Part shown: in pieces, positions 24,860 to 37,890 of the stretch
How the letters are laid out: each line of letters begins with the position of its first letter
Numbering within the stretch: the stretch's first letter is position 1
Assembly: GCF_036321535.1 (NCBI RefSeq)
Contig: NC_087437.1
Coordinates: 34,722,001-34,786,000, forward strand
Reading direction: 5' to 3'
Length of the DNA stretch: 64,000 nt
Origin: Camelus dromedarius
Lineage: Eukaryota
Notes under the pieces: model-generated
The model's database searches: none
What the model was told of the DNA's origin: nothing
What the model saw: the letters and a program-made list of their open reading frames with translations, nothing else
Program-made: the position numbers and the translations under genes

Positions 24860-25005
24860 TTGTTCATTCACTTAACAAATATTTATTGACTGCCTACTAT
24901 GTGTTAGGTGGTATTCTAGATACTGGGGATACAGCAATGAAAAAGTTCTTGCCTTCTTGGAGCTAATACTCTAGAGAGGGAAATTGGTCAGTAAACAAAT
25001 AAAGT
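24860..25005 (-). mobile_element. L2 3' end
   Basis: Contains ttcattcacttaacaaatatttattgactgcctactatgtg...ctggggatacagcaatga. Confidence 0.9.
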
Positions 25006-25007
25006 TT

Positions 25008-25095
25008 CACTGTCTAACATACTGTCTATCTTATGTATTTATTGTTCAATTGTCTTTATTTATCCACTAGTATGTAGAATCCAGCAAGGAAGGGA
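25008..25095 (+). mobile_element. L2 fragment opposite in orientation to its neighbour
   Basis: Contains tatttattg...ccactagtatgtagaatccagcaaggaaggga. Confidence 0.6.
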
Positions 25096-25649
25096 GCTTG
25101 GAGAACTAGGCTGGCCTCATCATCATCACTGGTTTTTAAACAGACCTTAGCTATACAGAATTAGATTAACCATAATCTTTGCTTCATGACAGACTGCATC
25201 ATTGGTCATTTTATTGTTATTTTTACTGAAGACATAAGGAAAATCTATGAACCCACCACTAATGCCAAGAACTAGAATGTGGACGATAATTTTGATCTAC
25301 TAGGTAAGTACTATTTGTGCTTTATTTTAAAGTGATTTTTAAAAGACAGGCAGTGGGGACAAAGTGGAGTCCAGTTAGGAGGTGGGCAGACATTTAGGTG
25401 AGGAGACCAGTTGGAGGTGAGAGGTGATGATGCGTATATGACCATAGCAGTGACAGTGGAAGGCAGAGCTAGATGGGGTTGGATTTAAAAGAGAAGGCAT
25501 TATTGCATTGTCATCATGGCACTGGATTATTATTCACCAACTCTTCACCGCTGTTTAGATAAGGTGCATGATGATGAAGTCATCCTTGGTTTATTTGCTT
25601 TTGTACTTTCAATATTTAGTGCTAGGAAGCTAGAGAATCTGAGAATTTT

Positions 25650-26380
25650 TATTTGAAATTTAAATTTTTATTGTAAAATATTTAAGACATAAAAAGATAA
25701 GCAAAAGGATATAAAATTTAATGCATTGGATCCCCATATGCACAACTACCTGGTGTAAGTTAAATACATTAGCCCCTGTATTCTCCTCGTTGATTTTCTT
25801 TCTTTCTCATCAACCTCAGTAGTAACTCCACTATTTAAACTGGCTGTTGATCATTCCCTTTTAAAACAAAACAAAACATCAACAAAACCTTTTACTACAT
25901 ATGTATGTATCTCTTAGAAATTTAATCATGTTGTTGTGTATGGTCTTAAACATTATATGAATGGTATTGTGCTGTATATATTCCTTGGCAGCTCTGTTTA
26001 ACTCAGAGCTATTTATGAGATTGATTCATGTTGATGCACTAGCATGCATTGTTACTGCTGTCCATTTTGTGCGTATACCAGGCTCTGTTTACCTCTTCCT
26101 TCTTCCCGTTAATGGACATTTCAGTGTTTCCTCTGCTTTGGTACTATAAACAACGTTGCCATGAACATTTTTTATACATACTTCCTTGTGTACATAAGCA
26201 AGAGTTTTTTTTTTTTTTTTTTTCACTTTCTTTGCAGGAGTGGAATTGCTAGGTGATAAGATGTACACACCTTAAACTTTACTAGATATTATTAAATTGT
26301 TCTCCAGATTGGTTCCGCCAATTTACACTCCCGTCAATAATGCATTGTAGAGAGTGTTCTTGAACTTTGCAGCTGAGAAG
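25650..26380 (-). mobile_element. Old L1 (L1ME-like) 3' region
   Basis: Contains tttatgagattgattcatgttg...ggagtggaattgctagg...ccaatttacactccc. Confidence 0.85.
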
Positions 26381-26914
26381 AGAGCCTGTGTTTTGTAGAC
26401 TAGTGCTTCTTAACAGGGGCAAGGCAGTATGTGATGGATGAGAATCACCTCCCAAAGCACACACTTTTTCCTCCATCAGTTTCTCTCTAGGTTTTGACCC
26501 CTTGGTGTGTATGTGTTATTGGTTTGGGAAACTGGGACATTGATATAAGAAGTCTAGGTTGGTGAGCCTTCTTGCTCTTTGAAAACCTTCAACTTAGTGA
26601 ATAATTGATTTAATGCCTTATTATTATCCCTAAAGCCCTTGTAACCCCTCATTTTCGTTTATTTTTGTTTTTTGGTTGTTCTACCCAATCCTAATCATTT
26701 GCTTTTTTTTTCTTTATTTCTACAGTTTAAAAAGTTGGAATATAATATTAGAATCCTTATCTCCAATATTATTGTCATATACTGTTGGAAGCAATGATTG
26801 CAGGTTTCATATGTAATCTTAAACTTTTTTGCTTAGCTGGCATATTACATCCTAGGATTTGGGAGGATATAAGATGAAATATATATTCAATGTGCCTTCT
26901 TTTAATAGTAACTG

Positions 26915-27090
26915 TCTTATTATTTATGGAGCCCTTACTATGTGTCAGGTACTGCACTAAATGTATTACCTCTGTGATTTTATTTAATTCCCTTGATAGC
27001 TTTAGGAGTAAAGAGGCAAAGACAGAATTAGAACTGGGGTCTTCTGGCTGCAAAGCCTGTTTTCATTCCATTGTACTACACAGTCTCTAG
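26915..27090 (-). mobile_element. MIR
   Basis: Contains cttactatgtgtcaggtactgcactaa...atttaattc. Confidence 0.7.
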
Positions 27091-27472
27091 GCTTAAAAAA
27101 AATAATTTGAAAAAGATTTATAGTACTGTGTGTATGTGTTTATTTTTTGTACTTTTTGATAACAGTGTTAATTATAAGCTATTTAGGATTAAGAAGAAAT
27201 CACCTAACACAATTGTTATTCTTTTGAAATGTTTTCTTTTAGCTTCTCTTTCTAAAAGCTGGCTTCTTTTAAATGAGATATTCTTTGTATGAAGAAATTA
27301 GCGTTCTTTTAATGAAAATATGAATTCGTCCTAGGATTCTGGTTCTAGAGAAGGGACTCAAGAACTCTTATCATTTGAATAAACCAATATATTTATCTTT
27401 TCTCATTTTTGCTTCTTTAGTTATTACTATTCCTTACAGGACTCTTGCCATGATTATAGTCCTCAAATATTT

Positions 27473-27520
27473 TATATATATATATATAATATATATTCAT
27501 ATATATATATGTTTGTATAT
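27473..27520. repeat. Imperfect (TA)n microsatellite
   Basis: Seen directly in the sequence. Confidence 0.9.
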
Positions 27521-28554
27521 AATAAGAGTTTCTAGGTCCAAAAATTTTGATTAGTGCATTTAACATTTAATATAATGCCATTGTCTTTAGATTGTTAAAA
27601 GCCTGCCTTTTTGAAAAATTGTCTAGTTATTCTCCATAAATAAACTTCCTAACTTTATTGAGCATAATGGTAATAATTGTCTATGAGCAATTGGGTTGGA
27701 AGACATTTTAATTTTAGATGTTGTCAAGTAGAAATTACCCTACTGCAAGTGATAATTTACGTAATCCCACGATGGTGAAAATGTATTAGTAGTCATGAAA
27801 ACTCATGCACCCAGATCTAGAATATTGCAAATGGCTGATCTGACCCTAGATACTTTGCTATAATTATTTAACCATTGGCTGAAGTATCTATTACATTTAA
27901 GGCACTGTCCCAAGCCCTGGTACATAAAATAACCTGAATGCTAAATCAAGGAAAGTTGAATTAGAATATCTAAACGGGAAGATTTTCAGTAAAAGACTAT
28001 ATTTAAGGAAAATAACATGAGGTCAAAGGAGAAAAACATACAAAAAATCTGTGAGACAAAAGGAATACGAAAAGTGAAGCTTAGAAGATAAAGTTAACAT
28101 GAAAGTCACAGCTCAGAATAATAAGATGGAACTGTCTTCTGTTATCTCAAGAGAAATAATTAGCCTGATTAACATAAATTAGTATGCATAATTTGTACAG
28201 GCACTGGACGGTTGCCAGTGTAGCCTTTGGCAAGACAAAGTTGAAGGGAGTTCTAATTTACAGGAAACCAGTTAATGTTGTTTTCTGTTCTTTATCTAGT
28301 TGTTTATTCCCTTGATCTTTCTTAGTATTCTTCTTGATTACAGATGGCTAGAGTGAGGGAGTTTTCAAAAATAGTTGACGTGATATATTAGTAAGACGTA
28401 AAGTTGAGGCTTTTATTTCTGTTGCATGGATGGATGATTATACTTTTTATCTTCATATATAATGATTGCTCTCTGTAATGTTCATCATTCATTTTCTATA
28501 TTTATAACATCATTATTAGTATAGATATAACCAGAGGTGATTAGTATGACAGTA

Positions 28555-28785
28555 ATACTGACTGCTACCATTTCTTCAACATTTCCCATGTGCCCAGTAC
28601 TCTGCTGAGTATTTTTCATAGATTAGCTCATTTAATTCCCACAAGAACACTGTGAGGTAGCCATAATAGTGCCCCCCATTTACAGATGACAAAGGTGAGG
28701 CATGAAGGGGTTAAATAATTTAAGTTCCTAAAGCTACCAAGCCTGGGATTTAAATCCAGGCAGGCTGTCACTGGAGCCCTCGACA
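28555..28785 (-). mobile_element. MIR
   Basis: Contains ctcatttaattcccacaagaacactgtgaggtag...ccccatttacagatga. Confidence 0.88.
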
Positions 28786-29781
28786 ACAATGCTATTCATT
28801 GTAGATGACCAGGTTTACTCTAAAGTTTTCTCTAAAGTTGGCTTATTTGAGTCATTGTGCACATAATATTCAGAGACCAGGAGAGCTCTCATTTTCATTA
28901 TGCCTTTCATATCTAGACATAAGATTCTCACTGAATTTCAGAAAGGGTTATTTATGAGTGCTTGTTAAAGTACTAAGTCATAAAGTTGATGGTATTTTAA
29001 ATGCATGTTTTAGCACTGTTAGTGTGTGATCAGGGCAGGGAGTTCCCTTATGAGGGAAAGGTCAGGGCTGGAATCCTGTGGGTGTCAATTAGCTTGCTCA
29101 TTCTGTGGTCCAGAGTCTGCCCTTTTAACCCTAGTTCCCACCTGACAAAGTGGGCATTTGGGCATCAGGGGCACCAAATGTGAGGATGGGGATAGATCAG
29201 TGCACCTCCATCACTCAGATGATAGCTACACATCAAAACTCTGTTAGCTAAAGCCTCAGTGAAATAATACATATTTATACTCTATAGACAATATATTAAA
29301 ATATTTTAAATATATAAATATATATTTTTAGTCTCATATTTTTATACTCCACTTTCTGCTTTGGGTCTCATTTTATTTTCTTTGAACCCAGCCTTATTTT
29401 TGAAGTTCTTCCTTTGATGGTCTCTAAACATCCATATTTTAATTTAACTTTCCTGAATTTGAATTCTTTTGCTCCAGGTCCTAGGATAGTGTCTTCAAAT
29501 GGTTAAACTGCACAGCAAAAGGTGACCTCAGCCTTTTGTAATGTTTTGTACATAATGTAGGATGACTCTCCAAATTCTTGACACATCTTTATGGGAAGAT
29601 AGACAAAGATAGATCGATAGAGAGGTGCTGGCAATGGAGTAGTTTCTATTTGTCAGCATTTCCAAATTGAAATGAGAGCATCTGGGAACCTAAAGTAGGA
29701 CCTTAAGAGGTCAAAAATCTTTGTCAAGACTACTACTATTATTAATACTAATAAATTGATCATAGTCAATGATATAAATTT

Positions 29782-30971
29782 TAGGTTGGGCTATATGAAA
29801 TTGCCAATATTGGGCCATTTTTGACCTATAAAATGGCATTTCTAAATTGAAGTATAATTGACTTATGGTATTATATTACTTTAGGTAAACAACATAGTGG
29901 TTTGATAGTTTTGTACATTACAAAATGGTCACTATGATAAGTCTAGTTACCATCTGTCACCATACAAAGTTATTACAATATGATTGACTATATTCCCTAT
30001 GCAGTGCGTTACATCCCATGACTTATTTATTTCATAACTGAAAGTTTGTACCTCTTAATCTCCTTCACCTATCCCCCCACCCTCTCCCTTCTGGCAGACA
30101 CCAGTTTGTTCTCTGTATCTATGAATCTGTTTCTTTTTTATTTTTGCACATTTGTTTTGCTTTTAGATTCTACATATAAGTGAAATCATACAGTATTTGT
30201 CTCTCTCTTGCCATTTGTGACAATGTGGATGGACCTAGAGGGTATTGTGTCAAGTAAAGTAAGTCAGAGAGAGACAAATACTGTATGATTTCACTTATAT
30301 GTAGAATCTAAAAAGCAAAACAAATGTGCACACACACACACATACATAACACCACATCTTTATCCATTCATCAATGGACGGATACTTAAGTTGCTTCCAT
30401 ATCTTGGCTATTGTAACTAATGCTACGGTGAATATAGGGGTGCATATATCTTTTTGAACTAGTGGGGTTTTTTTGTTTGTTTTTCAGAAAAACACCCGGA
30501 AGTGGAATTGCTGGGTCACACAGTAGTTCTGTTTTTAATTTTTTAAGGAACCTCTGTATTGTTTTCTACAGTGGCTACACCAAATACAGTCCCACCAGCA
30601 GTGCACTAGGGTTCCCTTTTCTCAGCATCCTTGCCAGTACAAATATCTTCTCCCATTCAGCAAGTGGCCTTTTCATTTTGCTGATAGTTTATTTTCCTGT
30701 GCAAAAGCTTTCTAGTTTGATATATTTCCATTTATTTATTTTTACTTTTGTTTCCCTTGCCTGAGGACATATATTCAAAAAAAAAATTGCTAAGACTGAT
30801 GTCAAAGAGCTTACTGCCTGTGTTTTCTTCTAGGAGTTTCATGGTTTCAGGGCTTATATTTAAGCCTTTAAAGCATTTTGAGTTTATTTTTGTATATAGT
30901 ATGAAAGTAGTCCAGTTTGATTCTTTTGCACATAGCTGTACAAAAAAATGGCATTTTAATGGTTAACCTAA
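29782..30971. mobile_element. MADE2 mariner MITE split by an L1 (halves 29782-29841 and 30945-30971)
   Basis: Left half ttaggttgggctatatgaaattgcc...ttgaccta and right half aaaatggcattttaatggttaacctaa carry the terminal inverted repeats. Confidence 0.8.
29842..30944 (-). mobile_element. 5'-truncated L1 (3' UTR plus ORF2 end) with an internal inversion and a deletion
   Basis: L1 3' end aattgaagtataattgac; 12-bp TSD AAAATGGCATTT at 29830-29841 and 30945-30956. Confidence 0.92.
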
Positions 30972-33619
30972 AATGCTGGTAACAATAGCAGCACAATCCC
31001 TTTTGTTGATTGCTTGAACTGTACGCCTGGACTGTCCTAAGCTTGTTCATGCATTACTGCATTCTGCCACCCCAAGAGACAAGTATCATATCCCCCCTCC
31101 ACTTCCTAGACAGTGGAATAGGTTAGAGAAGTTAAGTAACTTTTTCAGAGTCACTTAGAGCAGTACCCTTAACTCATGCTGAACTCCCTCATTATTTTGG
31201 CTGCCAGTGCTGAGTCAATAGGATGAGAAGGAAGATAAGAATATTTGACTGCAAAAACAGCTCTGACGCTTTTTGAGCCATTGGTGTTGTTGAAGTAATT
31301 TTGCCATCAATTAGAAGAGAAATGCATAAAGGCTCCTAGCTTCTTTCTGGCTCTGATCGATATTTATGAACCCCGAACACTCCATCCCCAGTAGCTGCTA
31401 TAAAACAGGGCAGAGTGCAGCCTGCTTTTACCATTCAAGCAGGGTTTACTATTACTGCTCATTCTGGTTGCATTTGCCAACCTTTAACTGATCTAGGTGA
31501 GAGTTTGCCTTTGTGCTTCGACTTTTGAAACCCAGCTGCTCCTGACTGCCTAGCTCATCTGCATGGATCCAGTCACTTTCTTCCTAGTCTTGTGGTATGT
31601 GTTGGACCCTGTGCTGTGAGAGGGTTCTTGTTTTGGCCCTCCTGGTTAGCCTGGCTAACCATGCATTGACTTGACTGTTTGGATTCCATTGTTTTCAGGC
31701 ATTTTTTTTTACTGTAGGTTAAAGTATTAGTCTTGCCCCTGAGTTGAATCTTATGATGGACATAGGAATGCACTGGCATTCAGGTGCTTTAACCTTAATT
31801 GTTGAAAGAAGATGATGAACTGCAGCTTGGGCTTTACAATGGATTTTGATCCATGGCTCAGACTATGGTTTGGGGTCTTTGTTTTTAAGACCCTGTGTTA
31901 ATGATACTATTTGTTTGAATTTTTTCTTCATTATGCTTTTAATAGTGTTAGAGGCCATTAGGACAGTTGGTGAATTGAATATAAGTGAAATAATGTTTGG
32001 TGAAATTAATGAATATGAAATGTATTAACAACAACAACAAAAAAGTCACACTTGTATACTGAGTATTATAGATGAGTTTCTTTGGCAGTTTTACATATTA
32101 ATTGCTAAAAATATATCAGCACATTTTCTGTGATTATACTTACCAGGTACAGATGAATTCCCTCCCTGACAGAATCATTATTCAAAGTCTATTTAGATTT
32201 ATTTGGGTTTTTTTTGCCTCTCAAAGTTCATTTTTTAAGATAATGTGATCTTGGAGTAGGGAGTGAAGGAAAACGTGGAAATGTTATCTCCTGATACTAC
32301 TCAGCCTAGTTTTTCTTATTGAAAAGTATTATCTTTGAAAGAAAATGTATATTTACAACACTCATTGAAAAAGATGTCTTGGAAAATGGCAACAATCCTT
32401 GGGTCGAAGACAGCAATTCAAAATTTGACTTAGTTTGATCACTCTCAGGAATTTTCATTAGATCTCTTCTGCAGAATTATCAGCTATAAATAGAGATCAG
32501 CTAATTTGATGAAGAGGCCGCAGGTCTACAGATAATTGAACAAATATATCATGGTTTAAAAAAACTCACGTGAGATGACAGTACTAGTGAATAGGGCAGA
32601 GGAGGGAAAAGAAGGGGGAAAGAAAAGGAAAGGGAAATACAAAGGAACAATGATGGATTTGTGTGCAACAAAATGCGGTTCCAATACCGACCTACTTAAC
32701 ACACTTTCTCACCAGGAGGCCATTGTTCTTTCTCAAACCCTTTTTGCTTGGCTGCTTTCCTTCCCCATTTAGAAGCAGGACAGCCCCCCTCCCTCCCCCT
32801 CTGGCCCTTTGGCCAGAGACTAATGTTGCTGAGGTTGTTGGGGAAGTAATGGAATTTTGCATCTGCAAATGTGGTCAGCCTCTGTGAGGGCTGACTTCCA
32901 GCAGAAATCCTCTTATCCTCTGAGATTCTTTTTCACGAGCTGATTTTTTTTTTCTTTTAATAATCTTAATGCTTAAAGAGGCTTCTTTAGATACAGCAGT
33001 AATATTCCTTCTTGTTACACTCTTTCCCCCCTTTTAGGGGTGTGTGTGCCTTTATATACAAAATGCCTACTGGGAAAGTGTCTCAGTATAAAGTGTGTGT
33101 GTGTGTTTTAAATTCCAAGAGTAGGAGTGTCAGAACTGGGGAAAATACGTGCATGCTGTAGTATCCAAAAACACTTCTACTTTTAAAGAAGACAGTTGGA
33201 GAGGTAGGACAGAAAGTATACCTGTGGCCAAATCACAGCGGCTGACAAAGGGATAGCTATTAGACTGTGTTTTCACATAGGCCTGTGTACCTTATCCCGT
33301 TGGCTAATGACTTAATGTGATTAATTAAGTGTAGATTAATGTGTGTAGACACCATGTGGGTTAGTAGGTTAGTACTTCGTGATGCTATGTAAGTGTGGTA
33401 CTTAAGTAACTCTACAAATAGCAGGTAATAAGATACTCTGAACTCTGAATAGTAGATATTAAGCTACTTTACCTGCATATTGTATGTATTCCATGCCTTG
33501 CTTGACCATATTTGCCAAACTCTAAATCATGATACATGATATAGGTAGGGGTATGTTTATGGAGGCAGTGTGACAAAGTGTTTAGAATTGAGACTATTCC
33601 ATAGAGTCATACATACAGC

Positions 33620-33885
33620 ATGCATTCAGCAGGTACTTGTTAAGTGCCTGCTATGTGGCATATCCAAGCACTTTTATGGGTGATAGGGATGCAATGGTGA
33701 TAAAATAAGAAAAATCCCTTATACTCTGGTGTGTGAAGTAGACAATAAATAGATAAATAAGGGGGGAAAAAGTAAGGTAGGTTAGATAGTGATGGGTACT
33801 AGGGAGAAAATCCAGCATGTAGAAAAGAGCTACCAAGTGTGGCTGGAGCTGTGTAAGGATTGCAGTTTTTGGTAGGCAGTGAGCC
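33620..33885 (-). mobile_element. L2 3' end
   Basis: Contains cattcagcaggtacttgttaagtgcctgctatgtg. Confidence 0.8.
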
Positions 33886-34156
33886 ATTTTCATATCTGGG
33901 ATGTACGATATTGGCCAACCTATGTGCTCTGCCCAACCATAGCTCTTGAGTCTCCTGCATTATTTCCTTAGATTAACCCCTTCTGACCTCAAGAAAAGTA
34001 ATTCCAGGGCAAGTTATCACACAGTAAGAACATGATACCTGTTGTCATTTACTGGCCCAGGAAGAGTGAGCAATAGAAGACACTGGTCTCCTCAGTCATC
34101 TGGAACATGCTGTGCACTTGCTGCCTCCCTTTGTATGTGTTACTTTCTCTATCAGT

Positions 34157-34160
<4 letters not shown>

Positions 34161-34206
<46 letters not shown>
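34161..34206. repeat. (TG)23 microsatellite
   Basis: Perfect dinucleotide run. Confidence 0.97.
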
Positions 34207-34210
<4 letters not shown>

Positions 34211-36589
34211 ACCAGAATGCCCTCCCTCCTTGTTTTGATTTATCAAAACTCCACCCATCTCCTGGACGACAGGGACACAGCTCTTTATCTCTGTATCCTT
34301 AATAGCTTTTGTGGTATCTGGCATCCGTAAGTGGTCAATTAATGTGTAATACATACACGAGTGAATGGGATGAGAGGGGAGGACACCTGGCATTGACTCG
34401 CCTGACTTCTCAGTCCACAGATAGCTGTTAGAAGTGGCATTTCCAGGCTTTGCCCCATCTCTGACTTGTCTTAGACTCTCCTTCCTTTCATATTCTTGTG
34501 ATTGAAACAAGGCAAAACTGTGGTTAAGGAGGCTGCCAGACAACTAACTCAATGACCAGAGAGGGGGGCTCTTTTGCTTTCCTTTGTCTAAGTGGACATC
34601 AGATGCAGTTTACCCTTTTCCATCTACCTTTAAAAAATGGCTGATCATCCCTTATCAGGGGCCTTCTGTTCCCCTCCTGCCTCCCTTTGCATCCTGCAGG
34701 TAGACAGGCTGGAACAGGATTTCATTTGTAGCCTGTCAGCTCTGCTTGTCAGCTGGCAGAGTTACGGTTGAGTGTTAAGAGGGGCTTGGGAGGTAGAGTT
34801 ATTAAGGGAGCAGTAGCTTTGGTTTATCAAGGGGTGGGAGGTACAGGATGAACATACAGATATTTTCCAGTTCATTAAAGACAGCAGAAAATCTCAAGCT
34901 TGGGTCCCATTGGCACCCCTTTCCTGGCCTGTTCCTTAACACATTAAGGTGTCCTTCACACATTCTGCACCTCAACTTGCTAAGGTGCAGGCTGACCGCT
35001 GCTTCTCAGCCCTGGGAAACTCAGGTGGATTGGCCTCTCACATTAACAGGACTGAAATCCCTAGGGCAGTGGAGAAAACAAGAAGGGATTTTACAAGCTT
35101 GGTGTGATGAATCTTGGCTTTGTGAGCTGAGCTTACTCTCTGTTTAAGCATTTCTTTTGAGTACAATGGTTTTTAGATTAATTTAAAATGAAACTTCTGT
35201 TCTCATCATCATTCTCATCCTGATTATCCTTTTGGTCATTGTCATAGCTGCTGTTTGTCAACTCTGAGATAGCCGTGATCCATATGATTTAGAGACTAGC
35301 TTATTTAATCCCCCAGTAACCTTCCCGAGGGAGGACTGAATCTGAGCTTTAAATCACAATCTGATACTAGATCAGAAAGAAAAGCCATATAAATTTTCCT
35401 GTGAAGACATATTTTTGAGGTAGGATAAAGCCCTGAAGGGAAGTCATTTATAAACTTTTTCCTGGGAGTGAGAGGATTTTGTGTACTGCTATGCCACCCT
35501 GCAAGTTTAGTATTTTGTGTTCCAAATGGATTAGAAAAGTTTGGATTCACATAGAAGAGAAACAAGTCAAATAATGATTCAAACCTTTGTTGCTCTGAAA
35601 ATTAGACTCTAAGGTCTTTGCATTGATTGATGAATTTTTCTGGCCTCAAGATCCACGTAAGATTGATAGGTGAAATTCTGTCCTCAGTCTCCAATTGCAC
35701 ATTCTGCAGTGGGGAAATTAAGACCTAAAAATTATACTCCAGATATTTTTTTTCCTGATGAATCTTGATGTTATATTTTCTTCTGCAATTTCAAAACTAG
35801 TTTAAATCGTTTAAAAATAGCCTTAAGTTTGCTACTTGTAAATATGCATAAGGTTACAGTGGTAGCAAACCTAAGAGTATTTAAGAACTATTTAAAGAAG
35901 CTTTCTAATTGCCCACTTTAGCACAGATTATAAATCAATAAAACGTTTTCCAAATTCCTATTCCATGCCAGGAACATGTTAGGTGTTGGGGATAGTATTC
36001 AGTTGAACAGTACCAGCTGTAGCCTGCACCTACCTTGGACAGCACCCAAGAGGGTTTGATATTAGATGCATCAGAATGCACTTGTTTAAACGTGGTTCTT
36101 ATGTTGCCAGGAAGAATCCAGGTTTTCATTAGTGGCCACATGATTTAATATAAACCTGTGTGGGGTCTGAATTAACTTTTTAATAAAAATCAGTGATGAG
36201 TTGGGGGCAAGGCAGTATTAGGTGTGGTTCAAATATGAGTTGATAGCAGTAGAGGCTTTGTTTATATATATTTGCTTTTTGGAGTAGTCCTTTATGATAC
36301 CTCAGTATCGCGATCTAATTTGAGTGGAATTAAACAGCTCAAAATTACGTAATAAGACATTCTGTTTAAAATATTATTTCAAGTTAATCTAAGCAAGCTA
36401 TCGTGACCCCTGCTACACAAAGCCTGGTGTGGAAAGGATGAGGGCCAGGTGACTAAGGCCTTCTGCATTGCTTAGTTCATGGGAACTGATTTTGTATTTT
36501 GGTTTTTTCCACCAATAATCTGTTAGGCCACCTTCTAGGGTCAGACAGGCTGTTTGTGAGAAGCTTAGCATCTGCGTGAAGCAATGAGC

Positions 36590-36790
36590 AGAGGTATAAG
36601 AGGTCTATATTTGAGTCCCAGCTCTGTCTTATTTACCACCTGTATTATTTTAATGAAGCTTAAGCTCTTTGAGGTTTGGTTTTCTCATCAGTAAAATGGA
36701 TACATTAGTACTTAAATCGATAGGTTGTTGTAAAGATTAAATCCACAGCACTTAGCAGAATGCCTGACATGTTCCAAGCCAATGTTGGCA
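36590..36790 (+). mobile_element. MIR
   Basis: Contains ttgagtcccagctctg...ttttctcatcagtaaaatgg...gttgttgtaaagattaaa. Confidence 0.85.
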
Positions 36791-36949
36791 GTCTCTCCTT
36801 AACTCCTAGTGATCCCTGGCTGGGAAATGGTGCTAAGAAGGTACTTTGTTTTGTTCTACAAGTAATATTTATGTAGTTAATGGTAGTCACTAGTTCTTCT
36901 ATTGGTTGGGGTTTGAAATATACTACTTTCATATAGATCAGGTATAAAT

Positions 36950-37325
36950 TAATCTACATTTATTTATGGAGTACCTTCTGTGCAGCAGGCTTTACGGAAT
37001 ATTAAAGATATAAAGATGAATAAGTCTTCATTTTATTTAAAGAGTTCACACCGTATTGAGAAGGGATGACAACTTAACTAACCAGAGTACAATATGGTGA
37101 AATGTTTTACTCTCTGAATGGATACACAGCTGTGGATTATGAAGATGGAGGAGAACAGTCAGCATTCTGCCTGATAAGGCGAGGAAGCCCAGGCCAGGCA
37201 ATGCTTCTCAGAGATGTCATTGAACTGGGCCTTGAGATAATGATGTAGTTCAGAGAGACAGAAAGGGGTGGTGTGGAGGGGCATTCTAGGCAGAGGAGAC
37301 AGCCTGGCAGAGGCCTGGAATGCTG
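36950..37325 (-). mobile_element. L2
   Basis: Contains tatttatggagtaccttctgtgc...gggcattctaggcagagg. Confidence 0.8.
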
Positions 37326-37526
37326 GCCCGACTACTCAGAGTCTCTGCTCTAGTACTGATCTTGTGGCTCTCTAGCAAGAAAGTGTGTGCCTTTGAGCAA
37401 GTTATTTAACCTGCTTTTCATAATTTGTGAAAGACAGGGGCTAAGTTGAGTTTTTTTCAACTCTCAGATTTTTGTATCTGTGATCCACAGGTGCAAAGAA
37501 GCTAAGTGAGTTGCTTTATGTCTTCA

Positions 37527-37890
37527 GGTATTAAGTCAGTTTGGGCTGTGGTAACAAGGTACTTAAACACCAGAGATTTATTTCTCACAGTTCTGGAGGT
37601 TGGGAAGTCCCAAGATCAAGGTGCCAGTAGACCCGGTGTCTGCTGAGGGCTTTCTTCCTGATTGCAGATGGCTACCTTCTTGCTGTATCCTCATATGGCA
37701 GAGAGAGAGGAAGCCTGGGTCTCTCCTCCTCCTCTTATAAGGACACTAATCTTAACCATAGGGGCTCCACCCTCTTGACTTCGTCTAAAACTACTTCCCA
37801 AAGACTTCATCTCCAAATATCATCACACTGGAGTTTGTTAGGACTTCAGCATAAGAATTTTGAGGAGGCACAGACATTCCCTCCATAGCA
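37527..37890 (-). mobile_element. MLT1A-type MaLR LTR inserted into a MIR
   Basis: Contains tttatttctcacagttctggagg...ccatagca; MIR sequence resumes on the right. Confidence 0.9.

Noticed and set aside
26700..26730. Strong polypyrimidine/AG acceptor (similar sites near 52842 and 58577)
   Set aside because: No convincing downstream reading frame and donor pair.
34042..34543. ORFs up to 164 aa with HTHT/CVCV runs
   Set aside because: The frames run through the (TG)n microsatellite and L2 sequence.
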